Shown here: positions 27,778 to 37,611 of the stretch, one piece after another | Position numbering within the stretch: position 1 is the stretch's first letter | How the letters are laid out: each line of letters starts with the position of its first letter | Sequence record: NC_054913.1 | Length of the DNA: 64,000 nt | Direction: 5' to 3' (one strand) | Origin: Escherichia phage F2 | Notes under the pieces: generated by a model | Databases searched by the model: none | What the model was told of the DNA's origin: nothing | What the model saw: the letters and a program-made list of their open reading frames with translations, nothing else | Translations under genes and position numbers: made by a program

Positions 27778-28740
27778 ATGATTACTATCAATTCTAAAGA
27801 ACACATTCTAGAACAGAAATATCGTCCTTCTTCCATTGACGAATGTATTCTGCCTGCGTATGACCATGAAACATTCAAGTCTTTAGTATCTAAAGGAAAA
27901 CTTCCTCATATTATTTTGCACTCTCCTTCTCCTGGTACAGGTAAAACAACCGTAGCAAAAGCATTATGTAATGATATCAATGCCGAAATGATGTTCGTCA
28001 ACGGTTCTGATTGTAAGATTGATTTTGTGCGGGGTCCGTTAACCGCATTCGCTCGTTCAGTCTCAATGGAAGGAAAGCCTAAAGTTATTGTTATTGATGA
28101 ATTTGACCGTAGTGGCCTCGCCGAATCACAACGACACCTTCGTACGTTTATGGAAGAATTCTCTAGTAACTGCTCTATTGTTATTACTGCTAACAACATC
28201 GATGGAATTATTGAACCGTTACGTAGTCGTTGTCGAGTTATCGAATTCGGACGTCCAACCGAAGAAGATAAAATCTCTATGATGAAGAAAATGATTCATC
28301 GTATGGTTGAAATCTGTAAGAACGAAAATATCGAAATCGCTGATATGAAAGTTGTTGCAGCTCTGGTTAAAAAGAACTTCCCGGACTTTCGTCGCACAAT
28401 TGGTCAATTAGACCAGTACTCGTCTAAAGGTGTTCTTGATGCGGGTATTTTGTCTATCGTAACTAATGACCGTGGCACAGTCTCTGATGTTATCGAAGCA
28501 ATGAAGAACAAAGATATTAAACAGCTTCGTGCATTAGCTCCAAAATATGCCGCAGATTATTCATGGTTCATCGATAAATTAGTTTCAGAATGTTATGACC
28601 AAGTTGCACCTGGTAAAAGTATTATTTCGCTTTATGAAATTGCAGGCGAAAATAATAAGTTTCATGGATTAGCAAGTAATATTGAATTACATGTTATGTA
28701 TATGCTTCTTCAACTGACCTGCGAACTGACTTGGAAATAA
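27778..28740 (+). CDS. 44: clamp loader large subunit gp44
   Basis: Walker [13 protein letters not shown] box, SRC motif. Confidence 0.95.
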   Translation: MITINSKEHILEQKYRPSSIDECILPAYDHETFKSLVSKGKLPHIILHSPSPGTGKTTVAKALCNDINAEMMFVNGSDCKIDFVRGPLTAFARSVSMEGKPKVIVIDEFDRSGLAESQRHLRTFMEEFSSNCSIVITANNIDGIIEPLRSRCRVIEFGRPTEEDKISMMKKMIHRMVEICKNENIEIADMKVVAALVKKNFPDFRRTIGQLDQYSSKGVLDAGILSIVTNDRGTVSDVIEAMKNKDIKQLRALAPKYAADYSWFIDKLVSECYDQVAPGKSIISLYEIAGENNKFHGLASNIELHVMYMLLQLTCELTWK

Positions 28741-28741
28741 T

Positions 28742-29305
28742 ATGAACTTATTCGATGATGACGTCCAGCTTAACGAGCACCAAATTGCATGGAAGTCTAA
28801 TGACGCTGATGCGATTCAAAAATGTGCTGATATGTTTAAAGAAAAACCTGAGAATGAATTCTTTAAAATCATTAATGCTATTAATGAAAAGAAATCTATG
28901 TCAATTGCTCAGGTCGACTACTCAAAATTTATGGTTGAGAACTCATTATCCCAGTTCCCGGAATGTATGCCAGCTGTTTACATGATGAACTTAGTCGGTT
29001 CTGAATTAAGTGATGAAGCGCACTTCAACTATATGATGGCGGCAATTCCGCGTGGTCGTCGATTCTCTAAATGGGCTAAACTAGTCGAAGACACTTCAGA
29101 GTTACTAGTTATCAAACTGTTGATGAAACATTACACAATCAACATGAATGACGCTACCGAGTATAAGCGGCTCCTTGAAAAAAATAACAAGTTGCCAATA
29201 GTCCTTAAAGAACTGAAGGCCATGGTCACTGATGAATTTCTCAAAGAAGTTACCAAAAACGTGAAAGAACAAAAACAATTTAAAAAATTAGCATTGGAAT
29301 GGTAA
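28742..29305 (+). CDS. 62: clamp loader small subunit gp62
   Basis: 187 aa, position after gene 44. Confidence 0.8.
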   Translation: MNLFDDDVQLNEHQIAWKSNDADAIQKCADMFKEKPENEFFKIINAINEKKSMSIAQVDYSKFMVENSLSQFPECMPAVYMMNLVGSELSDEAHFNYMMAAIPRGRRFSKWAKLVEDTSELLVIKLLMKHYTINMNDATEYKRLLEKNNKLPIVLKELKAMVTDEFLKEVTKNVKEQKQFKKLALEW

Positions 29306-29307
29306 AA

Positions 29308-29676
29308 ATGATTGAAATTAAATTGAAGAACCCTGAAGATTTTCTGAAAGTCAAAGAGACTTTGACCCGTATGGGCATCGCTAATAACAAGGATAAAGTC
29401 CTTTACCAGTCTTGTCATATCCTCCAAAAGCAAGGTAAGTACTATATTGTCCACTTTAAAGAAATGTTGCGTATGGATGGACGTCAGGTTGATATTGATG
29501 GTGAAGACTATCAGCGTCGTGATTCGATTGCTCAGTTGCTTGAAGACTGGGGCTTGATTGTTATTGAAGACTCTGCTCGTGAAGATCTGTTTGGCCTGAC
29601 TAATAACTTCCGTGTTATCTCTTTTAAACAGAAAGATGACTGGACTTTGAAAGCAAAATATACAATTGGTAATTAA
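29308..29676 (+). CDS. regA: translational repressor RegA
   Basis: 122 aa, matches T4 RegA; position before gene 43. Confidence 0.9.
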   Translation: MIEIKLKNPEDFLKVKETLTRMGIANNKDKVLYQSCHILQKQGKYYIVHFKEMLRMDGRQVDIDGEDYQRRDSIAQLLEDWGLIVIEDSAREDLFGLTNNFRVISFKQKDDWTLKAKYTIGN

Positions 29677-29679
29677 AGC

Positions 29680-29703
29680 AATGGGACTTCGGTCCCATTT
29701 GGA
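29680..29703 (+). terminator. terminator hairpin (UUCG tetraloop)
   Basis: atgggacttcggtcccat. Confidence 0.55.
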
Positions 29704-29758
29704 GTATAATAAGTTCCATCAACAAACAAAAGACAATAACTCGTCTAAAGGAAATTAA

Positions 29759-32470
29759 ATGAAAGAATTTTACTTAACGGTTGAACAGATTGGTGATTCA
29801 ATTTTTGAACGTTACATCGATTCTAACGGCCGTGAACGTACTCGTGAAGTAGAATATAAACCATCACTGTTTGCTCATTGTCCGGAAAGTCAGGCTACGA
29901 AATATTTCGATATCTACGGTAAGCCGTGTACTCGTAAGTTGTTCGCTAATATGCGTGATGCCTCACAATGGATTAAACGCATGGAAGATATCGGTCTTGA
30001 AGCACTTGGCATGGACGATTTCAAATTGGCGTATTTGTCTGACACTTATAACTATGAAATCAAATACGACCATACAAAAATTCGTGTGGCTAACTTCGAC
30101 ATCGAAGTAACATCTCCGGATGGGTTCCCTGAGCCATCACAAGCAAAACATCCGATTGATGCTATCACCCATTATGACTCAATTGACGACAGGTTCTACG
30201 TATTTGATCTATTGAATTCTCCATATGGTAATGTAGAAGAATGGTCTATCGAAATTGCGGCTAAGCTTCAAGAACAAGGTGGAGATGAAGTTCCATCTGA
30301 AATTATCGATAAAATCATTTATATGCCGTTCGATAACGAAAAAGAATTGTTGATGGAATATCTCAACTTCTGGCAACAGAAAACTCCTGTCATTTTGACT
30401 GGATGGAACGTTGAGTCATTTGATATTCCATATGTGTATAACCGAATCAAGAATATTTTTGGTGAATCTACTGCGAAACGTTTATCACCACATCGTAAAA
30501 CTCGTGTTAAAGTTATCGAAAACATGTATGGTTCTCGTGAAATCATTACATTGTTCGGTATCTCTGTTCTTGATTACATTGACCTTTACAAAAAATTCTC
30601 TTTTACCAATCAACCGTCATATTCTCTTGATTACATTTCAGAATTTGAATTGAACGTTGGTAAACTGAAATATGACGGCCCTATTTCTAAGCTTCGTGAA
30701 AGCAATCACCAACGATATATTTCTTATAACATTATCGACGTGTATCGTGTATTGCAAATTGATGCTAAGCGTCAGTTCATCAACTTGAGTTTGGACATGG
30801 GTTATTATGCTAAGATACAGATTCAATCTGTTTTTAGCCCAATTAAAACATGGGATGCTATTATTTTTAATAGCCTTAAAGAGCAGAACAAGGTGATTCC
30901 ACAAGGTCGTTCTCACCCGGTTCAACCTTATCCTGGCGCTTTTGTTAAGGAACCTATTCCAAATCGATACAAATATGTAATGAGTTTCGACCTTACATCT
31001 CTGTATCCAAGTATTATTCGCCAAGTGAATATTAGCCCAGAAACAATAGCAGGAACGTTTAAAGTAGCTCCATTGCATGATTATATTAACGCTGTTGCTG
31101 AACGTCCTTCTGATGTGTACAGTTGTTCTCCTAACGGCATGATGTATTATAAAGACCGTGATGGTGTTGTTCCAACTGAAATCACTAAGGTCTTTAATCA
31201 ACGTAAAGAACATAAAGGTTACATGCTTGCAGCTCAACGTAATGGTGAAATAATTAAAGAGGCATTGCATAATCCTAATCTTTCTGTTGACGAACCATTA
31301 GATGTTGATTATCGTTTCGACTTCAGTGATGAGATTAAAGAAAAGATTAAAAAGTTGTCTGCTAAATCTCTTAATGAAATGTTGTTTAGAGCTCAACGTA
31401 CTGAAGTTGCAGGTATGACTGCCCAAATTAACCGTAAATTGCTTATCAACTCACTTTATGGTGCACTTGGCAACGTTTGGTTCCGTTATTATGATTTGCG
31501 TAATGCTACTGCAATCACAACATTTGGTCAAATGGCTTTACAGTGGATTGAACGTAAAGTTAATGAATATCTGAATGAAGTTTGTGGCACAGAAGGTGAA
31601 GCTTTCGTTCTTTATGGTGATACAGACTCTATTTACGTATCTGCTGATAAAATTATCGATAAGGTTGGTGAATCTAAATTCCGTGATACCAACCATTGGG
31701 TAGACTTCTTAGATAAGTTTGCACGTGAACGTATGGAACCAGCTATTGATAGAGGTTTCCGTGAAATGTGTGAATACATGAACAATAAACAACACTTAAT
31801 GTTCATGGACCGAGAAGCTATCGCTGGGCCTCCACTCGGTTCTAAAGGTATTGGTGGATTCTGGACTGGTAAGAAACGTTATGCATTAAACGTGTGGGAT
31901 ATGGAAGGTACTCGTTACGCTGAGCCTAAACTCAAAATCATGGGTCTAGAGACTCAGAAATCTTCGACTCCTAAAGCAGTACAGAAAGCTCTTAAAGAAT
32001 GTATTCGTCGTATGCTTCAAGAAGGTGAAGAATCATTACAAGAATATTTTAAAGAGTTTGAAAAAGAATTCCGTCAATTGAATTATATTAGCATCGCGTC
32101 GGTATCTTCTGCGAATAACATTGCTAAATATGATGTAGGTGGATTCCCTGGTCCCAAATGTCCATTCCATATTCGTGGAATTCTGACGTATAACCGGGCT
32201 ATCAAAGGTAATATCGATGCACCGCAAGTTGTAGAAGGTGAAAAAGTATATGTTCTGCCTTTACGTGAAGGAAACCCATTCGGTGATAAATGTATCGCAT
32301 GGCCTTCTGGTACTGAAATCACAGATTTAATTAAAGACGACGTACTTCATTGGATGGACTACACTGTTCTCCTTGAGAAGACATTTATTAAACCACTTGA
32401 AGGATTCACATCAGCAGCGAAACTCGATTATGAGAAGAAAGCATCTCTGTTCGATATGTTCGATTTTTGA
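29759..32470 (+). CDS. 43: DNA polymerase gp43 (family B)
   Basis: 903 aa; N-terminus MKEFYLTVEQIGDSIFERY and exo/pol motifs (DIE, YGDTDS) match the RB69 polymerase as remembered. Confidence 0.98.
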   Translation: MKEFYLTVEQIGDSIFERYIDSNGRERTREVEYKPSLFAHCPESQATKYFDIYGKPCTRKLFANMRDASQWIKRMEDIGLEALGMDDFKLAYLSDTYNYEIKYDHTKIRVANFDIEVTSPDGFPEPSQAKHPIDAITHYDSIDDRFYVFDLLNSPYGNVEEWSIEIAAKLQEQGGDEVPSEIIDKIIYMPFDNEKELLMEYLNFWQQKTPVILTGWNVESFDIPYVYNRIKNIFGESTAKRLSPHRKTRVKVIENMYGSREIITLFGISVLDYIDLYKKFSFTNQPSYSLDYISEFELNVGKLKYDGPISKLRESNHQRYISYNIIDVYRVLQIDAKRQFINLSLDMGYYAKIQIQSVFSPIKTWDAIIFNSLKEQNKVIPQGRSHPVQPYPGAFVKEPIPNRYKYVMSFDLTSLYPSIIRQVNISPETIAGTFKVAPLHDYINAVAERPSDVYSCSPNGMMYYKDRDGVVPTEITKVFNQRKEHKGYMLAAQRNGEIIKEALHNPNLSVDEPLDVDYRFDFSDEIKEKIKKLSAKSLNEMLFRAQRTEVAGMTAQINRKLLINSLYGALGNVWFRYYDLRNATAITTFGQMALQWIERKVNEYLNEVCGTEGEAFVLYGDTDSIYVSADKIIDKVGESKFRDTNHWVDFLDKFARERMEPAIDRGFREMCEYMNNKQHLMFMDREAIAGPPLGSKGIGGFWTGKKRYALNVWDMEGTRYAEPKLKIMGLETQKSSTPKAVQKALKECIRRMLQEGEESLQEYFKEFEKEFRQLNYISIASVSSANNIAKYDVGGFPGPKCPFHIRGILTYNRAIKGNIDAPQVVEGEKVYVLPLREGNPFGDKCIAWPSGTEITDLIKDDVLHWMDYTVLLEKTFIKPLEGFTSAAKLDYEKKASLFDMFDF

Positions 32471-32510
32471 TATAATGTCATGGACGGTAAACTAATTAAA
32501 TGAGAGAAAT

Positions 32511-33146
32511 ATGAAAACTACTCCTATTACTATCGCTATTGACGCAATCATAAAACAAGCTTCTTCTTTGGCCGCTATGGCCAAAGTAATTAGTCAAAAC
32601 CCTGCTCGTTATAATGCTATTCTAGAAACTCTTCGACGCCCAGGACTTAGTAATTATGAAAGCCGAGTAATTATTACAGGTGTTGGTAAGAATGCTAATA
32701 TTGCAACTAAAGCTTCTGAGACATTTGCTTCACTCGGTATCCCGAGTATGTACTTGAACACTGGACATTATTCTCACGGTGATGCAGGATTCATTGCGCC
32801 TAATGATGTGTTGATTCATATTAGTCGTTCTGGTAAAACTGAAGAAATGATAGGCGTGGCTAAGCATCTTAAAATGATTCGTCCGAACGTCAAACAGATT
32901 CTGTTGCATTGTAACCCGGACATTCCACAAGAATACGAAGCTCTTTTTGATTATACGTTCTGTACAGGCATCGCAGTAGAGGTTGATGAGAATTCTCTGG
33001 CTCCGACCATGTCCACTACATTGTTGTTAGCGCTTATCGATACGTTTGCTATCAACCTTTCGTCTGAACGTGGATTTACCTCTAATGACTTCCTTAAGTT
33101 CCACCCTGGCGGTGCACTAGGTGCCATGTTACGAGGCGAACAATGA
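32511..33146 (+). CDS. SIS-domain sugar-phosphate isomerase (arabinose-5-phosphate isomerase-like)
   Basis: SIS motifs VIITGVGKNANIATKA and HISRSGKTEE. Confidence 0.75.
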   Translation: MKTTPITIAIDAIIKQASSLAAMAKVISQNPARYNAILETLRRPGLSNYESRVIITGVGKNANIATKASETFASLGIPSMYLNTGHYSHGDAGFIAPNDVLIHISRSGKTEEMIGVAKHLKMIRPNVKQILLHCNPDIPQEYEALFDYTFCTGIAVEVDENSLAPTMSTTLLLALIDTFAINLSSERGFTSNDFLKFHPGGALGAMLRGEQ

Positions 33147-33286
33147 AAGCAATAACAATAGGACTTTTACTATTGATGCTTGTCATGACTATCTACTGGA
33201 GCTTAACGGCTCCAGTAATGATTCCGACTCTTATAATCGGATGGATTATGATTGGACTACAAGCAAAGTATGAATGCTTTAACTAG
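33143..33286 (+). CDS. small hydrophobic protein (47 aa)
   Basis: ATG overlapping upstream stop; two predicted TM segments. Confidence 0.35.
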   Translation: MKAITIGLLLLMLVMTIYWSLTAPVMIPTLIIGWIMIGLQAKYECFN

Positions 33287-33299
33287 AATAGTGTACAAT
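33275..33299 (+). promoter_or_regulatory. T4-type middle promoter
   Basis: TGCTTTA 33275-33281, 12-bp spacer, tacaat 33294-33299. Confidence 0.55.
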
Positions 33300-33327
33300 A
33301 CTCCTACTTACCAATGAGGACCACAAC

Positions 33328-35013
33328 ATGAAAAAAGCTGTTATTCTTGGTGCTGGACTGGCAACTCGTTTGTATCCAATAACGCATCATATTCCTAAGG
33401 TGCTTGTTAACTATAAACAAGACACTATTCTGAGCAATTTGTATACAATTTATTCTGACCTTGGCGCAGATGAAATTATTGTAGTAGTTCATTCAAAATT
33501 TGCTGAAACTGTTCGAGCTTATTGTGAGCAAGAAGGGTTCAATGTGACTATTCGTACAGTTGATGAAGCGTATGGTTCTGCTTATGCTCTTGCTAAATTG
33601 CACAAAGATTTAGACGGCCATAATGTAATTGTTAACTGGTGTGATATTATTCCTGATTTTGGTTCATGGTCTTGGAATGTTAACGCAATCTATGTTAAGG
33701 GTGACGAATGTCGATATAATTTCGACGGTGAAAATATCACTAATGTAGGTTCAACAGGTGGTAATGTTGTAGGAATTTATCAGTTCAAAGACTGGGAATT
33801 CTATATGGGTTCTACTGATGAGGAAATTCATGAATACTGCAAAGGACGTGATTTCGTAGAATTCCTTTACGGCAGCGCATTCAATAAATCAGAGCTTATG
33901 AATCTAATTGATTTAGGTGATATGCCTAAACTTGAAAAAGCTCATGAAGTTCGTGAACTTAATCGTAGTTTTAATGCAGTTGAAATTGGTGAAGAAACTG
34001 TAACTAAATTCGCATTAACCGAACAGGGCCGAGCTCTTCAGAAAGATGAGATTTCATGGTATCTTAAAGTGAAATCAGATTCAGTTCCTCAGTTAGTTTC
34101 TGTTAATGAAAATAACTTTGAAATGGAACGCATTAAAGGTAAGCCGGCATTTGAATATATTAAATCCAAATCAAGTCTTGCTCGTCCACAAATTGTTGAT
34201 GCAATTTTAGATGCACTGAAATTCAGCACAGACACTTATTTTGTAAGTCCTGAAACTGTTCGTCGTGATTTCACTAAAGAATTCTATACTAAAGTTATTG
34301 ATCGTTGTGAAAGTATTCAACCATTGATTGATTCATTTGGTAAAATCACACATGTGAACTACACTAAGATCGGACGTCTGAAGCCAATGTTGAAACAAGC
34401 TTTAGAACACCTTATTCGTTATCATAACCGTTCTCAGGGACAGTACTCTGTTATTCATGGTGACCCGAACTTCAGTAATACTATGATTACTGATAACGGC
34501 GAAGTCAAGTTTATCGACCCTCGTGGATATTTTGGTGAAACCAAGATTTACGGGCCAAAATTGTATGATGAAGCTAAAGTGCTTTACGCTGTTTCAGGTT
34601 ATGATGAATTCAACGCTAATCCGACTTGGGGACAGTTTACTATTGATGAAACAACTTGTAATGTGACTATTAACATCAATCCATTAGTTTACAAATATGG
34701 AAAGATGAGTTCGTTTAACGAGTATCATCATTTGGCAGTGGCAATTATCTGGATTGCATTAGGTGGTTATTTCAAGAATAATCCACTTAAAGCGGTAGCC
34801 GCATATTATAAAGGTATGGAACTTCTGACTAAGCAATTACGTAATATGGGCCGTGTACTTCAAGACGGCTCTATTAGTTATGACGTAGCAGAACCTGTAA
34901 CGGCTACTCTGATTACAAAAAATCCTGGTAAATGGGTACTAACTGATAAAGAAACTGGTGTTTCCTATCGTCCAATCGGTGGCGATATCACTCATCAATG
35001 GGAACGAATCTAA
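33328..35013 (+). CDS. bifunctional sugar-1-phosphate nucleotidyltransferase / sugar kinase
   Basis: N-terminal GAGLATRLYPIT (RmlA-type NTP-transferase signature); C-terminal kinase-like HGDPNFSNTMI...KFIDPRG (APH/choline-kinase-like). Confidence 0.8.
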   Translation: MKKAVILGAGLATRLYPITHHIPKVLVNYKQDTILSNLYTIYSDLGADEIIVVVHSKFAETVRAYCEQEGFNVTIRTVDEAYGSAYALAKLHKDLDGHNVIVNWCDIIPDFGSWSWNVNAIYVKGDECRYNFDGENITNVGSTGGNVVGIYQFKDWEFYMGSTDEEIHEYCKGRDFVEFLYGSAFNKSELMNLIDLGDMPKLEKAHEVRELNRSFNAVEIGEETVTKFALTEQGRALQKDEISWYLKVKSDSVPQLVSVNENNFEMERIKGKPAFEYIKSKSSLARPQIVDAILDALKFSTDTYFVSPETVRRDFTKEFYTKVIDRCESIQPLIDSFGKITHVNYTKIGRLKPMLKQALEHLIRYHNRSQGQYSVIHGDPNFSNTMITDNGEVKFIDPRGYFGETKIYGPKLYDEAKVLYAVSGYDEFNANPTWGQFTIDETTCNVTININPLVYKYGKMSSFNEYHHLAVAIIWIALGGYFKNNPLKAVAAYYKGMELLTKQLRNMGRVLQDGSISYDVAEPVTATLITKNPGKWVLTDKETGVSYRPIGGDITHQWERI

Positions 35014-35399
35014 TGCACCGTGTAGAAAACATGCTTAATCTTTGTTTTGATGTCGACGATTGTATAACAGAGTGGAATAACAATCGTGATTACGTGAACT
35101 TCAAGCCAGACGTCGAAATGGTGACTGCCATTAATGCCCTGTATGATGCAGGGCATACCATAACGCTTTACACTGCTCGCGGTATGAAGTCAGTCGGTCC
35201 TGGTCGTATAGCAATTGACATTCTCCCAAGTCTGATTCAGAACTTGGCAAACATTGGATTGAAGTACCATAATTTGCTAACACATAAACCAGTATATGAT
35301 TGGATTATCGACGACAAAGCTATGCGTCCTGACGAATTCAAAGCTCTTATGAATAAAGGCGAATTCGAAACATTTAAATCATATAAACCGAATCTATAA
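35013..35399 (+). CDS. HAD-superfamily phosphatase
   Basis: Motif I FDVDDCIT; motif II TLYTARG; ATG 35013 overlaps upstream stop. Confidence 0.65.
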   Translation: MHRVENMLNLCFDVDDCITEWNNNRDYVNFKPDVEMVTAINALYDAGHTITLYTARGMKSVGPGRIAIDILPSLIQNLANIGLKYHNLLTHKPVYDWIIDDKAMRPDEFKALMNKGEFETFKSYKPNL

Positions 35400-35446
35400 T
35401 AATTTAAGTAAGACCTGCAAAAACCATCGCATCAATTAACGGCGAG

Positions 35447-36616
35447 ATGCAAAAAATGAATACCTTTAAAATCGGAACGAATTTTGATTTAGCTCTTCTT
35501 GATAAAATCGTAGAGCTCAATAAAACTTATCCTAATAGCTTGATAAACGAAGTATACGGCTCTACAAGAGAAATGGCTTTTGTAGCAGCCAGACCTGATT
35601 TTAGGCTTCCTGACGTTGACAAAAAGATGTTAGAAGATTACGTTAAACGTTGTAACGAATTAGGTATTTGCTTTAACTATACACTCAACACGATAAATCC
35701 TGGTTCAAAAAGAGAACTAGTTGAGTGGAAGAAGAAAGCTATTCAGGACTATGTTCAGTATCTTTGGTCAATAGGCGTATGGCGTATTACTATCGCTAAC
35801 CCTGTTGTTATGGAAATTGTTCGTGAAGTCAATAAAGACATTGAGATTGAAGTTTCAACAATTCTACATGTCGATGCTGTAACTCAAATCAAATACTTGC
35901 ATGACCAATATAATATCAAAAAGGTCTGCTGTGGAATTCATAAGAACCGTTCAGTTTCTTTCCTGAAGCGTGCAGCAGAGTTTTGTAATAAGAACAATAT
36001 AATATTTGAAGTTCTTGTAAATGAGTTCTGTTCTAATGCTGGTAAAGGGTATACAACACATTGTAGCTATCGTGACTCTTGCTATATTTTCCATAGCACC
36101 GATGTTACAGTAGATGATGCCAAATCCTTAAATGGATATCCAATGCAGCACTGTATTAAAGCTCGTGATACAGACCCATTTAACTGGTTGAGAACTCGTT
36201 TTGTTCGTCCTCAAGATTTGAAACTTTATAATGATATTGGTATCACTCAATTCAAAGTTTCAGGACGTACAGGTAGCACCGACTACATTTTGAAAGTTCT
36301 TGAAGCTTACGCTTCTGAAAAGTTTGAAGGTAATTTGTTGGAATTGTGGAAGCCTTTAGAGACCATTTTCACTCTTGAAAATGAGACTGAGTTTTCACAT
36401 ACGGTAAATATTGAAACCTCTTTGTTAGATGGCTTTTTAGAAAAAAGGTGGTTCAAACATCCAGATTTCGATTGTGCTAATGAAATCTGCGGGACGACGT
36501 GTACATATTGTGAAAGATATTATAAACGTCAGTTATCTAAAAATGGGTTATCAGAAAACTCTATATCTATTATTGATATAACTAACTCTGATGACGCTTT
36601 GAGGTACCCAGAATGA
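35447..36616 (+). CDS. hypothetical enzyme, Cys-rich (function unassigned)
   Basis: 389-aa ORF with GGCGAG RBS; C-terminal Cys cluster CANEICGTTCTYCERYY. Confidence 0.55.
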   Translation: MQKMNTFKIGTNFDLALLDKIVELNKTYPNSLINEVYGSTREMAFVAARPDFRLPDVDKKMLEDYVKRCNELGICFNYTLNTINPGSKRELVEWKKKAIQDYVQYLWSIGVWRITIANPVVMEIVREVNKDIEIEVSTILHVDAVTQIKYLHDQYNIKKVCCGIHKNRSVSFLKRAAEFCNKNNIIFEVLVNEFCSNAGKGYTTHCSYRDSCYIFHSTDVTVDDAKSLNGYPMQHCIKARDTDPFNWLRTRFVRPQDLKLYNDIGITQFKVSGRTGSTDYILKVLEAYASEKFEGNLLELWKPLETIFTLENETEFSHTVNIETSLLDGFLEKRWFKHPDFDCANEICGTTCTYCERYYKRQLSKNGLSENSISIIDITNSDDALRYPE

Positions 36617-36762
36617 TTTCTAGAAAAACTTTTAACCACCAACTTAACGAAGAGATTTTGACTATTAAAATTAACAGCAACGAACAAATTCTTAAAAAGG
36701 CCCTTATGGGCCTGTTTGAAACTAAAGCGGCTAAAGTGATTAAAGAACCTGTTCAATTGTAA
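36613..36762 (+). CDS. small hypothetical protein (49 aa)
   Basis: ATG overlapping upstream stop. Confidence 0.3.
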   Translation: MISRKTFNHQLNEEILTIKINSNEQILKKALMGLFETKAAKVIKEPVQL

Positions 36763-36850
36763 TACTACGCTGATGCATTTCTTCATAGTGTTCTTGGAAG
36801 TATCGATGCTGAAGCTTTACGTTATATCAACATCGCTAAGAAATTCAAAT

Positions 36851-36875
36851 AAGCTTTATGAATTGAGTATATAAT
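36851..36875 (+). promoter_or_regulatory. T4-type middle promoter
   Basis: aGCTTTA 36851-36857, 12-bp spacer, tataat 36870-36875. Confidence 0.5.
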
Positions 36876-36894
36876 AAATTGTATTGAGGTAAAC

Positions 36895-37611
36895 ATGGGA
36901 AAACATAACACAATGAAATATATTAAAGCCGCAGATTTTCAATCCGCATTTAAAGCTGTCAATCGTGAAATTTTAGAAAACCCGGAATTCGTTACTGATT
37001 CTCGTATTGGACGTTGTAATGAAATTGGGTCTATGACAGTAGTTGTTGATACCCCTTCATCATTCAAAATGACAGACCCACGTATTAATCGCATCTCTTA
37101 TGAATATGCTGAAGATTTCTGGAAATTTATGATTTCTGGTGGTACTGATGCAGAAGAAGCATTTAAGGCATATCCTAACGTTGCTAAATTTATTTCTAAA
37201 CCTAAATCAGATGCTTTGCCTGCAAACTTCAACACTTTCTACGGTCCACGAATTGCGGCCCAGTTACCAACTCTTCTAAAAGAACTTAAAGAAAAACCTA
37301 ACTCTCGAAGAGTTGTGTTCCAAATTCTAGAAAGTTCTGATCAGGCTTTGCTTGATTCAGACGAAACACTTGAATATCCATGTACTGACTCAGTGACTTA
37401 TTATATTCGTGATGGTAAGCTTTATACCCACTGTCATATGCGTTCTCAGAACTGTGCTGTTGTTATGCAGTTGGATTTTTATCTCCAAGGAAAATTACTT
37501 CATTATATCGCTAACGAATGTGGTGTAGAAGTTGGTGATTATACTCATACCATGGTAAGTGCCCATGTGTTTGAACGTGATTTTGATTATGTTAAAGGAT
37601 TCCTTGTCTAA
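36895..37611 (+). CDS. 42: dCMP hydroxymethylase (thymidylate-synthase fold)
   Basis: Position and conserved pattern NSRR...CTDSVTYYIRD...MRSQN...SAHVFERDF resembling T4 gp42. Confidence 0.7.
   Translation: MGKHNTMKYIKAADFQSAFKAVNREILENPEFVTDSRIGRCNEIGSMTVVVDTPSSFKMTDPRINRISYEYAEDFWKFMISGGTDAEEAFKAYPNVAKFISKPKSDALPANFNTFYGPRIAAQLPTLLKELKEKPNSRRVVFQILESSDQALLDSDETLEYPCTDSVTYYIRDGKLYTHCHMRSQNCAVVMQLDFYLQGKLLHYIANECGVEVGDYTHTMVSAHVFERDFDYVKGFLV

Noticed and set aside
30638-31270. 210-aa minus-strand ORF inside gene 43
   Set aside because: Lies entirely within the conserved DNA polymerase coding region on the opposite strand; no RBS or promoter; shadow ORF
35447-36616. Assignment of the 389-aa Cys-rich protein to the peptidase U32 / Fe-S hydroxylase family
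   Set aside because: The canonical U32 signature (E-x-F-x2-G-[SA]-[LIVM]-C-x4-G-x-C) is not present; resemblance was only loose, so the product is left unassigned
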